Positions 28,092-40,260 of a stretch of DNA of 64,000 bases are shown piece by piece. The notes under the pieces are model-generated. The model saw only the letters and a list, made by a program, of their open reading frames with translations. It was not told the DNA's origin and did no database searches. The stretch is from assembly GCF_037042905.1 (NCBI RefSeq), contig NC_087251.1:29638001-29702000 (forward strand). The letters are read 5' to 3'. The DNA comes from Lytechinus pictus. Taxonomy: Eukaryota. A program made the translations under genes and the position numbers. Numbering within the stretch: the stretch's first letter is position 1; each line of letters opens with the position of its first letter.

Positions 28092-28399
28092 CGGGGTTAT
28101 ATTTAGATTACTGCCCCAGGGGAATGGGTACTTAGGAGAAAACCACAAATCCCTGATAATAAAGTACATGGTCTATGGGAAAGTTGTCCTTGCCCCTTGT
28201 CATAATTTACTTCCCCAGTTGCCAATTTGAAATCTTCATAGTATTAGTGATCTCAATTTCAAAACAGCTATAACTTTCTTATTGCTTGTCCGATTTCTTT
28301 CAAACTTTCGACATTCTGTTTAATTTATTTTTCTCCTTCCCAACACAACATTTTATGGCCAAGGCTGGATTCCCCTTTAAGTGCTATTCACATCCACTT

Positions 28400-29100
28400 C
28401 ACAACTCCCCTACCCAGTGCTTAAGATAGTGCTTAAATTCATCCTTTTCATATACAGGATCAAATATTTTCCGCTCGCGCTTATTGATTTTCATGATAAA
28501 AAATGAAATGTATTCAGAATGCCCAGCATCTGTCTAACTCTAAAACACACTCACACATGTTTATTAAAATACGCAGCTTGATCTTTATTCAAAACGTGCT
28601 AAAATTAGCCAGTTTCAGATCAGAACATAAAAAATTTTCTGCTCGCGCTTTGCGCTTGCATTGTTAATGTAGGAAGATACCAAATTACCCATCCTTTTTA
28701 ATGATTTACAAAAAATTAATAGGGTGTCCCATTATAAGGTCTAAAATCTCTTTTTTTATTGTTTGGTTATTTACCTATACCATTAATGATTTGAAAAAAT
28801 GCTTAGAATGTCAATTTTTTAGGTCGGAATGTCAAAAATTTTCATCTCGCGCTTCGCGCTCGCATTATTTAATAGTTGAAATATGCATCGTCTTAATGGC
28901 TAACTGCCAAACGCCCTTAACACGTCCCTTTCCGATCAAGCCAAACAATTTCTGCTCGCGCTTTGCGCTCACAGTAATGATCTAGTTGCATGCACGTCTT
29001 GTTCAGGTTTACAAACATTGCCAAGAATATGTTCAATTTTCAGGACAAAATACATGAAACTCCCAAAATTTTAGCTCGCGCTTCGCGCTCGCACTATAGG
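28400..29100. repeat. dispersed degenerate repeat units carrying GCTCGCGCTTCGCGCTCGCA
   Basis: Motif recurs near 28473, 28640, 28846, 28953, 29073; also near 17670, 18178, 18672, 24510, 24838. Confidence 0.65.
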
Positions 29101-29805
29101 GTTTATGAGATTATTACACTTTCATGTTGTTTTATAAGAATGAAACTAAGAAATTACTGTTAGGACATGGGCGTTTTGCCCCCCCCCCCCCCAAAAAAAA
29201 AAAAAAAAATTCACGACCAAGAAAAAAGGATACGGGTGAAATACAGGCCTATTTTTTTCCAAGTTTTATGTAAAAATCTATCACAAACTTTGATTTTTGA
29301 AATAAAAATGTCAATTTTGCACAATACGCCGTATATCGAGCCCCCTCAAAATTGTTGGCTCATTACGCCACTGGGACAACTTCTTATAAACAAACAAAAA
29401 TCAACTTTCAGCGGCCGATTAGGGAAAATATGGGTGAACATAAATTTCGGGCCCCCTATTGGCAGAAGCTAGATCCGCCCCTGTCTGTTGAAATGGATGG
29501 ACCCTGTGAATAGATCATGATCATCGTGAAAAGGAGGCGTGAATTTTTTGCCTGCTTATTATAGTCCCAGGCTTAAATGCCCGTCGCAAGAACGGTTCCC
29601 TGTTACATATCAATTAAGCTATTCAAGTCTTATAAAATGTTCATTTTGAATATAATTCACACAAAAATCAAATCCATAACATAGGTCAATTCAGAAGTTT
29701 TGTAAAATGAAGGCGCATGATCCCTAGCTGGAATCATATAAGATTGGGTAAGAAAAACATTTTTTTCCTTTTTATTTGTCTACTTGTTTTACCCCAAACC
29801 TGTAC

Positions 29806-29815
29806 CACACGTGTG
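29806..29815. promoter_or_regulatory. palindromic E-box (CACACGTGTG) about 50 nt upstream of the RBM34 ATG
   Basis: CACGTG at 29808-29813; Myc/Max E-boxes near the TSS are typical of ribosome-biogenesis genes. Confidence 0.45.
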
Positions 29816-29863
29816 ATCGTGACAGGTTGAAAAGCGAAGTCCAGACTAAACTTAGTCTTAGAA

Positions 29864-29919
29864 ATGGAAGGGAAACAGAAGAGAAAACGAACGAAGAAGG
29901 AGAAGAAAAAGAAGGCAGA
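29864..29919 (+). CDS. RBM34: RNA-binding protein 34 (Nop12-like) exon 1; join(29864..29919,32856..33009,33899..34195,38258..38317,40980..41023,41702..41785,42334..42394,42734..42895,44106..44210,44636..44803), 396 aa
   Basis: MEGKQKRKRTKKEKKKKA, basic N-terminus like that of RBM34; donor GA|GTAAGT in phase 2, which matches exon 2. Confidence 0.75.
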
Positions 29920-32855
29920 GTAAGTTCAAATACATTCGAGAACAAGGATGAATCCAAGACTTATTAATGAGCCGTGCGAGTTACTTCAATACCAATATTC
30001 ATTTGCCATTTTCATGCCCGTTTTTACGATGCGCATACCGGTACATCCTGCATGCCTACCGATAGGCGATACGGGCAACCAGCGGGGCAGCGACAGTGCA
30101 GTGGAGGGGGAGTGGAGCTCGAGTGTGAGCATTGTCATTGACGTCAATGACGAGTGTATGGATGGAGATTGAGATGAGAGGGTGGGACACTCACACAACA
30201 TGCGAGGTTACTAACCTCGCATAACGCATGTGATTTCATAGTGCATTTTGACGTTTTCATTCATCACACGAATGTCAGGGAATGAAACACGCCAAAATTG
30301 GCAAAAAGTTCAACATATTTCCTACTCCTAGGCTAAATTATAGTATGACCTATGTACGTAATTTAAAACAATCTCTTACTCTTACTTAGTCTTAGCTTAG
30401 TTTTTTAAATTCATTCGAAATTATTTGTAAAAATGATTTTTTAATGCTTACCTCCAAATTTCGGCCAAGATACTCCGTCTGTCCAAGTACTGCGGTGGAA
30501 ATCACGCAAACAACAATTGAAATGCGATTTTTCCTATCGAACAGTCTCGATTTAAGTCGTTGGCGCATAGGAAATTGTAGGAAAAAAATCAACAGGTTGC
30601 ATGTCATGTACCGGTATATACTTATAGGTAAAGTACGCCATCTTTTGACAGATGATGATGAAAGTGGATTGAACGAGCAAGAAAATAATGCTGAGCGCCG
30701 AGAGGCTAGAATGCAGCTAGCAGTACAAGCTGCAGACAAACGGTACAAACCGGCATATGAATAATATCGCGCGCCCTCTTTAGGCAAAAATTGATATCCA
30801 CGCTGATCAGGAGGCATCTACATGAAGATCAAGCAAAAATCCTTTTTTTTTTTTTTTTAACAAAGAGAATTCAACAAACGATCCATATGATTCGGTAAGT
30901 GTCATAGCACAATTAGAAATCTTAGCTATAATGGTATGTCATAGTTATTTGAGCAAAAAGGGTGTGAAAGATTCGCGTGCACCAGGTGCATATGAATCCT
31001 TCGCACGCGAGATGAATTGAACCCATGGGTGAGGGTGGGATGGAGTTTCACTTAATGCATGCAGCAGTAATATTAAAAAGGTGAGCAGTAGAGACTCCAG
31101 TCTGAAACATGGAAAATAAGGATCATTCTAGACCAAAAGCTTTGGTCTCTGACTGACTATTTATTTCCGCTGAACTTCGTTGGCTCCACTCACCAAATAC
31201 AGAGACCGAAGTTCTAACTCGATCTGTACAGGGACTCAACGGACAATGGCCATATGTTTATACAGTTCGGATAAACCAAGGAAGTGGGAGTTGCGCGACA
31301 GCCGAAGTAAATCACTGTTTTTGTCCTTTTCCCGTTTTGGTGCATTTCAGGCCAAAACGGAATAATAAACTTTGTCTTTATTTTGGTCCAGTTCTTTTTA
31401 TTTATTTTTATGAAATAAAGACAAAAAATTGATGAGCCCCTTGGGGGATTTTGCATTGTTAACCCCCTAATGGCGGCTGCACGATCGCGAGCCGTCTGTG
31501 TACGAGGAGAAATTTTAAAAAAATTTTAAAATGTTAAACTCCTCGAAACAGACGGCTGCCAGCTGTCAAGGATCATTCCTGATTAGACTTGAGGACTCTG
31601 TCATTTAAAAAATATTTTTACATTACATAGACTCTATACTTTTTCATCTTGGAGCCTTGAAACCCTTGCCATACATGCATAAGCGAGACCTATACACGCG
31701 AATGGATTTCCCTTGGAAATCCATATTTAGAGATTGAAGTCGGTTTGTTTTTCTTTATTTAATTTATTTATGACCCTTCATACGCCTATTGCGTATGAAG
31801 GGATTAAAATTATTTTAGTATAAATATGCAAAATGAAAGGTTTCTTACCAGACCGATCTCGTGTAGATCCCTAGATCCACTTGTAAACATCGCAAATATA
31901 ATAGGCTTGACCCTTGTGTTACAGTGTTACAGTGTTACAAAATGCTGTTTTGAAGAACAATTTATAGATGAAAATTATTATTTAACAGATAATAACATTT
32001 GAAACTTGATTATAAATAACTATTATAATAAAAATTATCAAATTGGTTGTGCCCTTTTTCAAAAGTTTTTCTGAGTGCTGTTATGGTCGACTATTATTTT
32101 AACTTCAAGTTCAAACAATTTCTAATATTTTAGTAATTGCATGGAGCTACTTAACTAGCCATAGGATAATAGTAAGACAAAATAAAGTATAGAAGTATAC
32201 ATAATGAAACAATAAGACATCAATTACATCTTTGTTTATGATACTGGGGATTTGCTCAGCGATGTTTCTTCATCATAACTTATTATCAGGTTTTTTTTTT
32301 TTTAATCCCTCAACATTCATTGTGATAACAAATTAGAGCAGTAGGAATAATCGCACATGCAAATGTACATTGGTCATTATTAGAACCAGTGAGTTGAGAG
32401 ATAATTCCCTGAATTCCCTGTTAGAACCATGTGACTGTATATGCCCGTGGATTTTCATCTCACCGGAAGCATGTACCAAATGACGTCATGTAAGCACGTT
32501 TACGATCATGGTCCTGTTTATACTTCCCCAGAAACCCTGATTCTGGTCAAAACGACGTTTTGAAACACACCTTTTTGTAAGTTTACGATCGGTGTACTGA
32601 AACGTCGTTTAAATGAAAACAAGCATGGACGCAACCGTGTTTTGGACTAATCACGTATGAAATTAAAACGCTGATTCTGCCCTAAAAAGAGGAAGCATAA
32701 ACATGCCCTTAATTTGTCTTGGAGATATCCTGGAATTTCCAATTGAAACTAATTGCAGAACTAGAAATGTTCCATAGAAGTGCTTCCACTTTCTAAGAAG
32801 ATGTAAAATTAAGTATACTTATGTGATGATTCTTTGAAATTTGTTGATTCTAAAG

Positions 32856-33009
32856 CAACCAATCTGGAGACGACTATGTACCAGGCAGCATTGCTAACTT
32901 TCTAGGATCAGACCATGATAAGATGGACCAGCATCAGTCGGGATCCAAAGCACTGTCTTCTTTCTTTCAGCCCTCTATGATGTCAAAGCAAAGTGCTTTT
33001 CCAAGCAAA
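32856..33009 (+). CDS. RBM34: RBM34 exon 2
   Basis: ctaaag| ...DDYVPGSIANFLG...KALSSFFQP...K|GTAAGT; resembles the RBM34 'DYxxGxVaxxLF...LaSLF' segment. Confidence 0.8.
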
Positions 33010-33115
33010 GTAAGTGTGGGTGTACAAACTTAGGCATAAATATAAACAGATTTACTATTCTAAGAAGACTAGGGGCCCTATTCCTAAAAATTCATATTCA
33101 GGTACTTGTCTAGTA

Positions 33116-33457
33116 CAGACCTGCCAACCAGTACGTTTTAGCCGTATTTAGTACGTTTTTGCAACCAAAATACGGCAGTACGTTTTTTCTTTGAAAATAC
33201 GTTTTTTTTTACTAAATCGTAATTTATTGAGAAAAATAATCTCTATATACCTCTATTTCATAAAACGTACACAAATATGGTTAATAGATCAATGTAATTT
33301 CAGGTAACTTTTTTTTTCAATCATTTTGTTAAAACCAGTGTGAAGATATACACATGTTTTAATGGTTTTTTTTTCATCTGCAAGAGCAGTGCCCGAAAAA
33401 TACAGTTTTTTTTTATCACAGAATACAGTTTTTCATTCCTAGAGGTTGGCAGGTCTG
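33116..33457. mobile_element. hAT-like MITE with 6-bp TSD
   Basis: CTAGTA|CAGACCTGCCAACC...GGTTGGCAGGTCTG|CTAGTA; a related short copy lies at about 41173-41301. Confidence 0.8.
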
Positions 33458-33898
33458 CTAGTAGGAATTGTTTGGTCACTGGTGTGCAATGGGGGAGGCT
33501 GGGAGGCCATGGACTCTCCAAAATTTTCTCAACCAAGAAAAAAAAATAGGAGAAAAAGGAGTGAAATATAATTCTATATGCCATTTCTGGCTCCCTCTAA
33601 ATTTTTTTGTTCATTAATGAAATGTTAAAAAATAAAAATAAAAATAGAAGTCCAGTGGATGTGAGAGATCAGCACAGGCCAAAGAACCATGAAGGCTTGT
33701 CTCCCTATTTTTTACATTTTGACAGATGTAAAACAAAAATATAGAAAAATGACAAACAACTGTAAAGTGGCTTCCCTGTATACAGTACTGATCAAGCTTT
33801 TCAAGCAGATCAAGCTGGCACCAAATCCATTCTGATATACCAAGAGGAGGGCAAACATGTGATGGTTAATGTATTCTCAATGTCTCTAACCTTCATAG

Positions 33899-34195
33899 GC
33901 AGGCAAAGATGCACCCAAAGGAAAAGTGACCAAAGATAAAACCAATATAGAATCCAAATCAGAAGAAGAGACTTTTGATGAAGGAGAAACTAAGATACTC
34001 TTGGACGAAAGTAGACTTGATGGTGAACTTTCTGAGGAAGCAGAAGTGAAGGATCTGAAACGAAAGGCACAAGATGACGATGATGAGGATGTTGGTCCTA
34101 AGAAGAAAAGGAAGCCACTGCAAGAACCAATGGATCCTGCTGTGCTTGATAGGACGGTATTCGTCGGCAATCTGCCTGTCAACATAAAAAAGAAT
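33899..34195 (+). CDS. RBM34: RBM34 exon 3 (acidic/basic region, start of RRM1)
   Basis: catag| ...PKKKRK...LDRTVFVGNLPVNIKKN|GTAAGT; RNP2 VFVGNL. Confidence 0.9.
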
Positions 34196-34401
34196 GTAAG
34201 TCACTTTGTTGCTTTCATCACTTTCGGTTCACACTTACTCTGATGTACGGACATCAGTCCTCTCTTTTGTAGCAGGACAACCTACACTGGGGATAAGTTC
34301 TATTAATCTTTGATTACTTGTCATCTACAATTCCCAAGATCCTCTTTCTTCTTGCGTACTCTTTCCAGTAAAAAGTGATTAACGTTTTTTTTCTCCAGAG
34401 T

Positions 34402-36520
34402 ATAATAATAATAATTACTTCTTATTAAGCGCTTTTTCAAAAGTTACAAAGCGCTGTACAAATGACAAAACAAATACAATCGGTGAAAACTTAAAACAAA
34501 ACTACACAAAATGAAACACTACTTGCAATATATTAAACATGTTAAAACAAATGAGATTTAAGCATCTTCTTAAACACATCAATAGAAGAACATTGTCTAA
34601 GTTTATGGGGTAATCTATTCCAATATTTGGGGGCAAACACAGAAAATGACCTATCACCTACTGATTTGAATGTTCGGGGGATTTGAAGAGGGATTTGTGA
34701 TGATGACCGAGTGTTATACATTGATTGGCGAACTGTTAGGAGGTCTGACAGGTATGATGGAGCTTGATCATTAAGACATTTGAATGTGATAGTCAGAGAC
34801 TTATGCTCAATTCGATTTTTTACTTTCAACCAGTGTAATTCTCTTATCAGGGGGGTTGTCTGTGTATATGATGGTTGACAGTAAATGACCCTAGCTGCTT
34901 TATTTTGTAATTTCTGAAGACGATCTAGGTTCTGAGAGGTGACACCATTATAAAGAGAATTACAATAATCTAATCTAGATGTAACCAGCGACCTAACAGC
35001 AGTATGACATGTATCATTATCAATAAACTTTCTGATTCTATTAATATTTCGAAGGTGGTAGTTAACTGACTTAGACACACTAGTAACTTGATCTGACATT
35101 GTCATATGTTTATCTAGAACACAACCAAGAATACGAATAGAGTCTGATGACGATCTCTTTATTAATTTTAAGACTTCTTCATCAGTTAAAGTGCAAAACT
35201 GTGATAGTTCACAAGGGGGATCTGGTCCTGATGCAAAATTGTCCAAAGGTGCCGCATTCTGATCATCAATAAGACGACGAATGTTTTTGATCTTCGAAGT
35301 GAAGTATCTGCAAAATGCATTGGCCAATTTACAAGAAGATGATGTGTCTGGTAGGACATGTTCATTCCTGTTTAGGAGCATATTAATGGATGAAAAGACT
35401 TCACGTGGAGAGTTCGAGGACAGAGACTCTTTGAGATAATCCTTTTTGGCTTCACATACAGTGGACCTGACCATATCTTGAGCCATTTCATATTGAACAA
35501 GGTCATCATTGGTTTTAGACTTTCGCCACTTCCTTTCTGAACGTCTTCGCTGACGACGAGCATCATCTACAGCAGCATTGTACCACTTTGGGCGATGACG
35601 AACACGAGATGAGCATGTAGATAATGGTGCATGCCGATCAAGCACCTCTGTTGTTACCATATCGATTTGTTGAACCAATAGATCAATGTTCCCTTCAAAA
35701 TGTACATCGGATAGCCTGTTGAGTAGATCAGCCTCAAATATGTCATGATCAAGTGTTCCAAACTTCCTGCGTTGCAATGACGTCCTAAGTGGGGGCGGTT
35801 TAGGGAGGTTTACATCTACAGATATGACTGCATGGTCAGACATACGATTGTCTATTACCCGTGTTGCGTGGACAGTTCCTTCAGATGATCTTGAGATAAC
35901 AAGATCCAATGTGTGACCCCGTCTGTGTGTTGGTCCAGATACATGCTGGGATAGTCCAGATGATGAGAGAATCCGTATGAAACTTGCTACATCCTGTTTG
36001 TCTGGGCAGTCAAAATGAACGTTAAAGTCGCCCAGTAAAACAGGCTTACCAGGATTCAAATTCAAATGGTCTACGAAATCTTCAAAATCAGACAAGAAAC
36101 CTGCTGTAGTCAAATTATTCACATTCGATGGTGGAGGCCTGTAAACGACAGCATAGTTGACAGTCCGTGACACATCTGATATAAGCGCATACTCAAATGA
36201 CTGAATGTTTAGTGTATGCTCAGAAAGGTGACGTAGTTTTAGATGTGACTTGAAGAGTACACCAAGTCCACCACCCTGCCTTCCATCAGCACGCGGGATG
36301 CTAATGAAAGAGTAACCTGGAAGTGTCAGTTCTCCAGTCACTACTGTATCATCATCACGTAGCCAGGTCTCACATAGGAAAAATATATCAACATTATGTT
36401 CAAGGGCAAAATCACAGAATAAAACAGTCTTATTTCTAATTGACTGAGCGTTCCAAATACAGACATTAAGTCTGTTCTTAAGTGATGAGGTGTTCTTCGT
36501 AGGAGAGGCAACCGCCGTGT
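34402..36520 (-). mobile_element. L2-clade LINE, APE endonuclease ORF open, RT core deleted in frame
   Basis: WNAQS, LCETW, VYRPP, GDFNVH, TLDLV, SDH; junction LIKRSSS/DSIRILGCVLD near 35145; C-terminus SRLDYCNSL, LHWLKV, GDRSFSV.APKYWN.LP; L2 3' stem-loop AGCGCTTT..AAAGCGCT and (TAT)n tail at 34402-34455. Confidence 0.9.
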
Positions 36521-36541
36521 ATGTAATGAATATGATGTATA

Positions 36542-38178
36542 GGGGAGACCGGGGTTAGTTGGAACGTGGGGTAAGTTGAAACATTGTAATTTTCTTTAAT
36601 GTCTTTAAATAAATTTCTGCAATACTGCCCTCAATTTATTGTTATTATCAACAGCCATCCACCATATTACAGACAACACATGTGCAACAAGCCTAGTGAG
36701 ATTAGAAAGGAATTTTTGTTTTTTTGACCTTCTGAGTAATTTTTTTCTCTTTCAGAAATGTTTTATTATTTCAGAGAAGTTTATAGATCAAGCTGGCCAG
36801 TTTGGGGGTATGATAGACACTTGTACCAAGCTACAAAATGAGGTTATTAATATGCCATGGTGAAGTCCCTTTTTTGTGCTCTAAGCTTATAAACATCAAA
36901 GGGGCTAGTTGGAACATGTTCCAACTTACCCCAAACATAATAATGAATAAAAATATATGAAATATTTCACACTCTTCTGAACATGTATTGTATACCATGC
37001 TTGTTTTGTTTATCGGTTAGGTCTGAGTGTGCATTTAAGGCTTATTGTAGGCCCCTAATGCAATATTAACCCTTATCAAACCGGGGGGGGGGGGGGGGTC
37101 AATTTGAGCCTTCCCTCGAGAAATTTGGTCACTTCGCCGTCGCGCGAGATATTTTTACTACACTGCTCGCTGACTTTTTACTTTCAAGTCTTGCGCATCA
37201 TTTGAGACCAAATTTGCGATGCCTGTGTGCGCGGTTTCGAAATTACGCAACATTTTGTATGTGCATGTCGGACCCAAAATTGCTCAAAAGCGTGATTCCA
37301 TGTACAAGGTCAATGCAAATTGTGTTTTTCAACCAAAATTCATAAATGTATGATTATTTTTTACTTTTGTTGGTTCAAATAGATTTATTTTATGCTATCT
37401 ACGATCGCAAAAGAGTCGAGACAAAGTTCATCGGAAAATACAAAGGTTCGAAAAAACAAAGAAATACAAATAAAAAAAACAAAAAATACATAAGAAATTT
37501 TATTTTTTGCAATTTTTGTTGGATATTCGTTTTAAAAGTGAAAATTGATACTCTCACCAAAGATTAGCATTCTACTACGTTAATGAATAGAGTTAAAGGC
37601 AAAACATTAAAAAAAAACAAATTTAGGGCAAATTTCATATGCTTATTTGCATAATTAATTAATGTAAAATATAAACAATTAATTTTTGTCTTGTAAATTT
37701 GATGCAGAAGTACACGAAATTGCTGATAGTACACTTAATTGCATATGTAAAATCAAACGCACCCAAATATGCGGAATTCTACTACACAGTCTGCTTGCGT
37801 GAGTGGCTGTATAATAGAAAACATTAAGTTCAACAAATCCACACTTCAAATATTTTGAAATAGGCTAAAACCATGTAATATTACAGTTTTAAGTAGTTTT
37901 AGTATAATTCTTAATTGACCATGCAGTGTTCCATCTTACCCCATACCATGTTCCAACTTACCCCGTATTGGGGTAAGTTGGAACGTTTGCGATGGTCTTG
38001 TTCAAGGGGGATTTTTTCAGTAACCATAATAGAGTTAAATATTTTATGGGGTACATTTGAAGCCCTTAGATATATGCTTCAAGCTGATATATTGGTTGTT
38101 TCTAGAATAAAATCTATTTGGATTTTACAGCCATTTTTGTCAAAAATGTTCCAACTACCGGTAACCCCGGTCTCCCCT
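36542..38178. mobile_element. Tc1/pogo-like non-autonomous element (TA TSD) with a nested piggyBac-like insert starting at 37070
   Basis: TA|GGGGAGACCGGGGTTA...TAACCCCGGTCTCCCC|TA; repeated GGGGTAAGTTGGAAC motifs. Confidence 0.75.
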
Positions 38179-38257
38179 ACATATTTTTTTGTTTTGTTTT
38201 TTAGATTGATTGCATTCTCTTCCTCTTTTTTCCCTTCAAATATAACCATATGAACAG

Positions 38258-38317
38258 GAGCTTAAAGGACTCTTCAAAAGCTATGGCACAATAGAAAGTG
38301 TACGTTTCAGATCCATG
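38258..38317 (+). CDS. RBM34: RBM34 exon 4
   Basis: aacag|ELKGLFKSYGTIESVRFRSM|GTAAGA; IESVRFRS is characteristic of RBM34/Nop12 RRM1. Confidence 0.92.
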
Positions 38318-39089
38318 GTAAGAATACATAAATATTTCATGCTGATATGTGATCTTCAAGCAAGATATTTTTCAAATTTTTTCAAATTTTGTATGGGATG
38401 ATTTCACAATGCTTTATTACATGTCTTTTTCACAGTCAGGGTGTAATTTCTACCTTCTCTGTCAAAATTTCAACAACAAAAAAAATAGACAAACATTTCA
38501 ACTTTAATCTTTACTAGTAATGGCCAAATTATGGATTTCTATTTGTTTTGCAGCTTAAACTATTTTGGAAACTTGGAAAAAAATAATGATAAACTGTGAC
38601 AAATGTGATAAATTTTAACAAAAACATCATTTTATTGTAATTGCTCAAATGACAACATTTGTTTAAACATATTGCAAGGGCCATTTTTCATTTGCCATTT
38701 TAAATTTCTTATAAGCTTGGAAAGCTTTTTTGGTCAAACCTGTTTGGTTAAAAGAAATTATTGAATGCATTTTTCAAATTCAATGTAAAATGTGACTTAA
38801 ATATCTTAATCTTTGAAATAAATCATCTTTCAAAAATGATGTCAAAGTGAAAGTTATACCATTTAGTTAGGTGTACTTACCAATGCAGAACGAAAAAGTT
38901 GAAAATTTTTTAGGCATGTGTCTCAAATGCTTCAGTTAACATAATTAATTGTTTCGTAGACTCTAACTCTGTTTTATTACATAAGTCCCACTATTTAGTG
39001 TAATACTTGCACAAATCTCAATTGATCTCATGAATAATGAAATAAAAAAACTTATTAAAAATGATAACATGAATATTCAAGTTATTTAT

Positions 39090-40260
39090 CAGGTAAAAAG
39101 ATTGTCATAAGGTCATATTTTTCAATTCCATGGAAGTCTTTCTTTAACAAACTCCAAAATCGGTTTAATTGGATTGTCTTTTGGTTAAGAATTTAGCTGT
39201 GGTTATGCAACACAACAAATAAAAGGAAAGTTTTGTGAATACTGCTTCAACAATGTACCAAAACTGCTCCCCAGAAAAACTTACATCAGCAAAGACTGCA
39301 GCTTTCTTGTACTTGTCTGGTTTACATAGCCATCATTTTTTTACCAGAAGTTTAACTTCTAGTCCCCTGACTGTGTTCAGAAAATTGTGTGCAATGTGCT
39401 GAAAGTGTTCAACAATGCGGTGGTCATGTGTCAGATCATCAGGAAGCATGACTTAGGAATCTCTCGTGAATTTGCCATTTGAGGGATCAACATAGTAGAC
39501 AACTATTGGATGCACTGTAACTTTTTTTCACCCAGTGGGCAGACTTTATATCATCGTGGTATTTGGCAGAGAAGTTTCTTCCAAAGTCCTGTATCATCAT
39601 GACGATTCCTGGTATCTTTTGCTCCTTGACTGCCCCCTTCAATACCTTTTCTATCTGGTAGATCTGCCAATAAGCAGTAAGCAGATTAGAGATGAACGAC
39701 ATTCCTTTTATTGGTGAAATCACATCCTGAAAAATCTCATCAGTAACCTTATTGGCAGTACCTTTTTTTTTTTGGTTGTAAGGACTTGTCGACCGGTTTC
39801 TGTCTCGACAAACTTCCCAATTTCTTTCTTTGTCAATGTCATCTTGTTCATTTCTTATTTCTCCTATGATACTGATCCTCTCCCACTGTGTCTATGAATG
39901 GGGCATAAAAGGTCTTCATGGTTCTTTCAAGGCTGTTGCTTTTACAACAAATTCCATTCACACATCTTGGTTTGTGAAACCCATTCCTATCTGGTTTCTC
40001 ACAAGTCAGCATATTGTTCAGCTCCTTTTCATCACTGATTCTGCTGTCTTTCAACTCTTCTTCCTGCTTCATCGATCCGATTTGGTAATCTATTGCTCTC
40101 AGCTTCTCCTGGATGTTCACACAGTACACACAGAAAATAACATTTTGAAAACCACTGTTCGGAATACAAAGTTTGTTAGCTATTGTTAAAGGAAAATGAA
40201 GCCTCCGAAACAAAAAATTGGAACACCCCGTTCTCAGAAATAAAGAAGCAGTCACACTAA
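39090..40260 (-). pseudogene. decayed Sola2-like DDE transposase
   Basis: MIQDFGRNFSAKYHDDIKSAHW..HPIVVY; DDLTHD; DGY..QYK; upstream Cys cluster (PRCVNGICCK); several stops and frameshifts. Confidence 0.6.

Larger units (their letters stand above)
24870..28376. mobile_element. Kolobok-like non-autonomous element (TTAA TSD), split by nested insertions
   Basis: TTAA|AGGGGAACCCAACC...GGCTGGATTCCCCT|TTAA; complementary subterminal blocks (GAAAGTTTGAA/TTCAAACTTTC, AAGAAAGTTAT/ATAACTTTCTT). Confidence 0.7.

Noticed and set aside
30821..30900. Alternative RBM34 first exon (ATG near 30822, donor GTAAGT near 30895)
   Set aside because: Runs through a poly-T tract and lacks RBM34-like sequence; 29864-29919 fits phase and composition better
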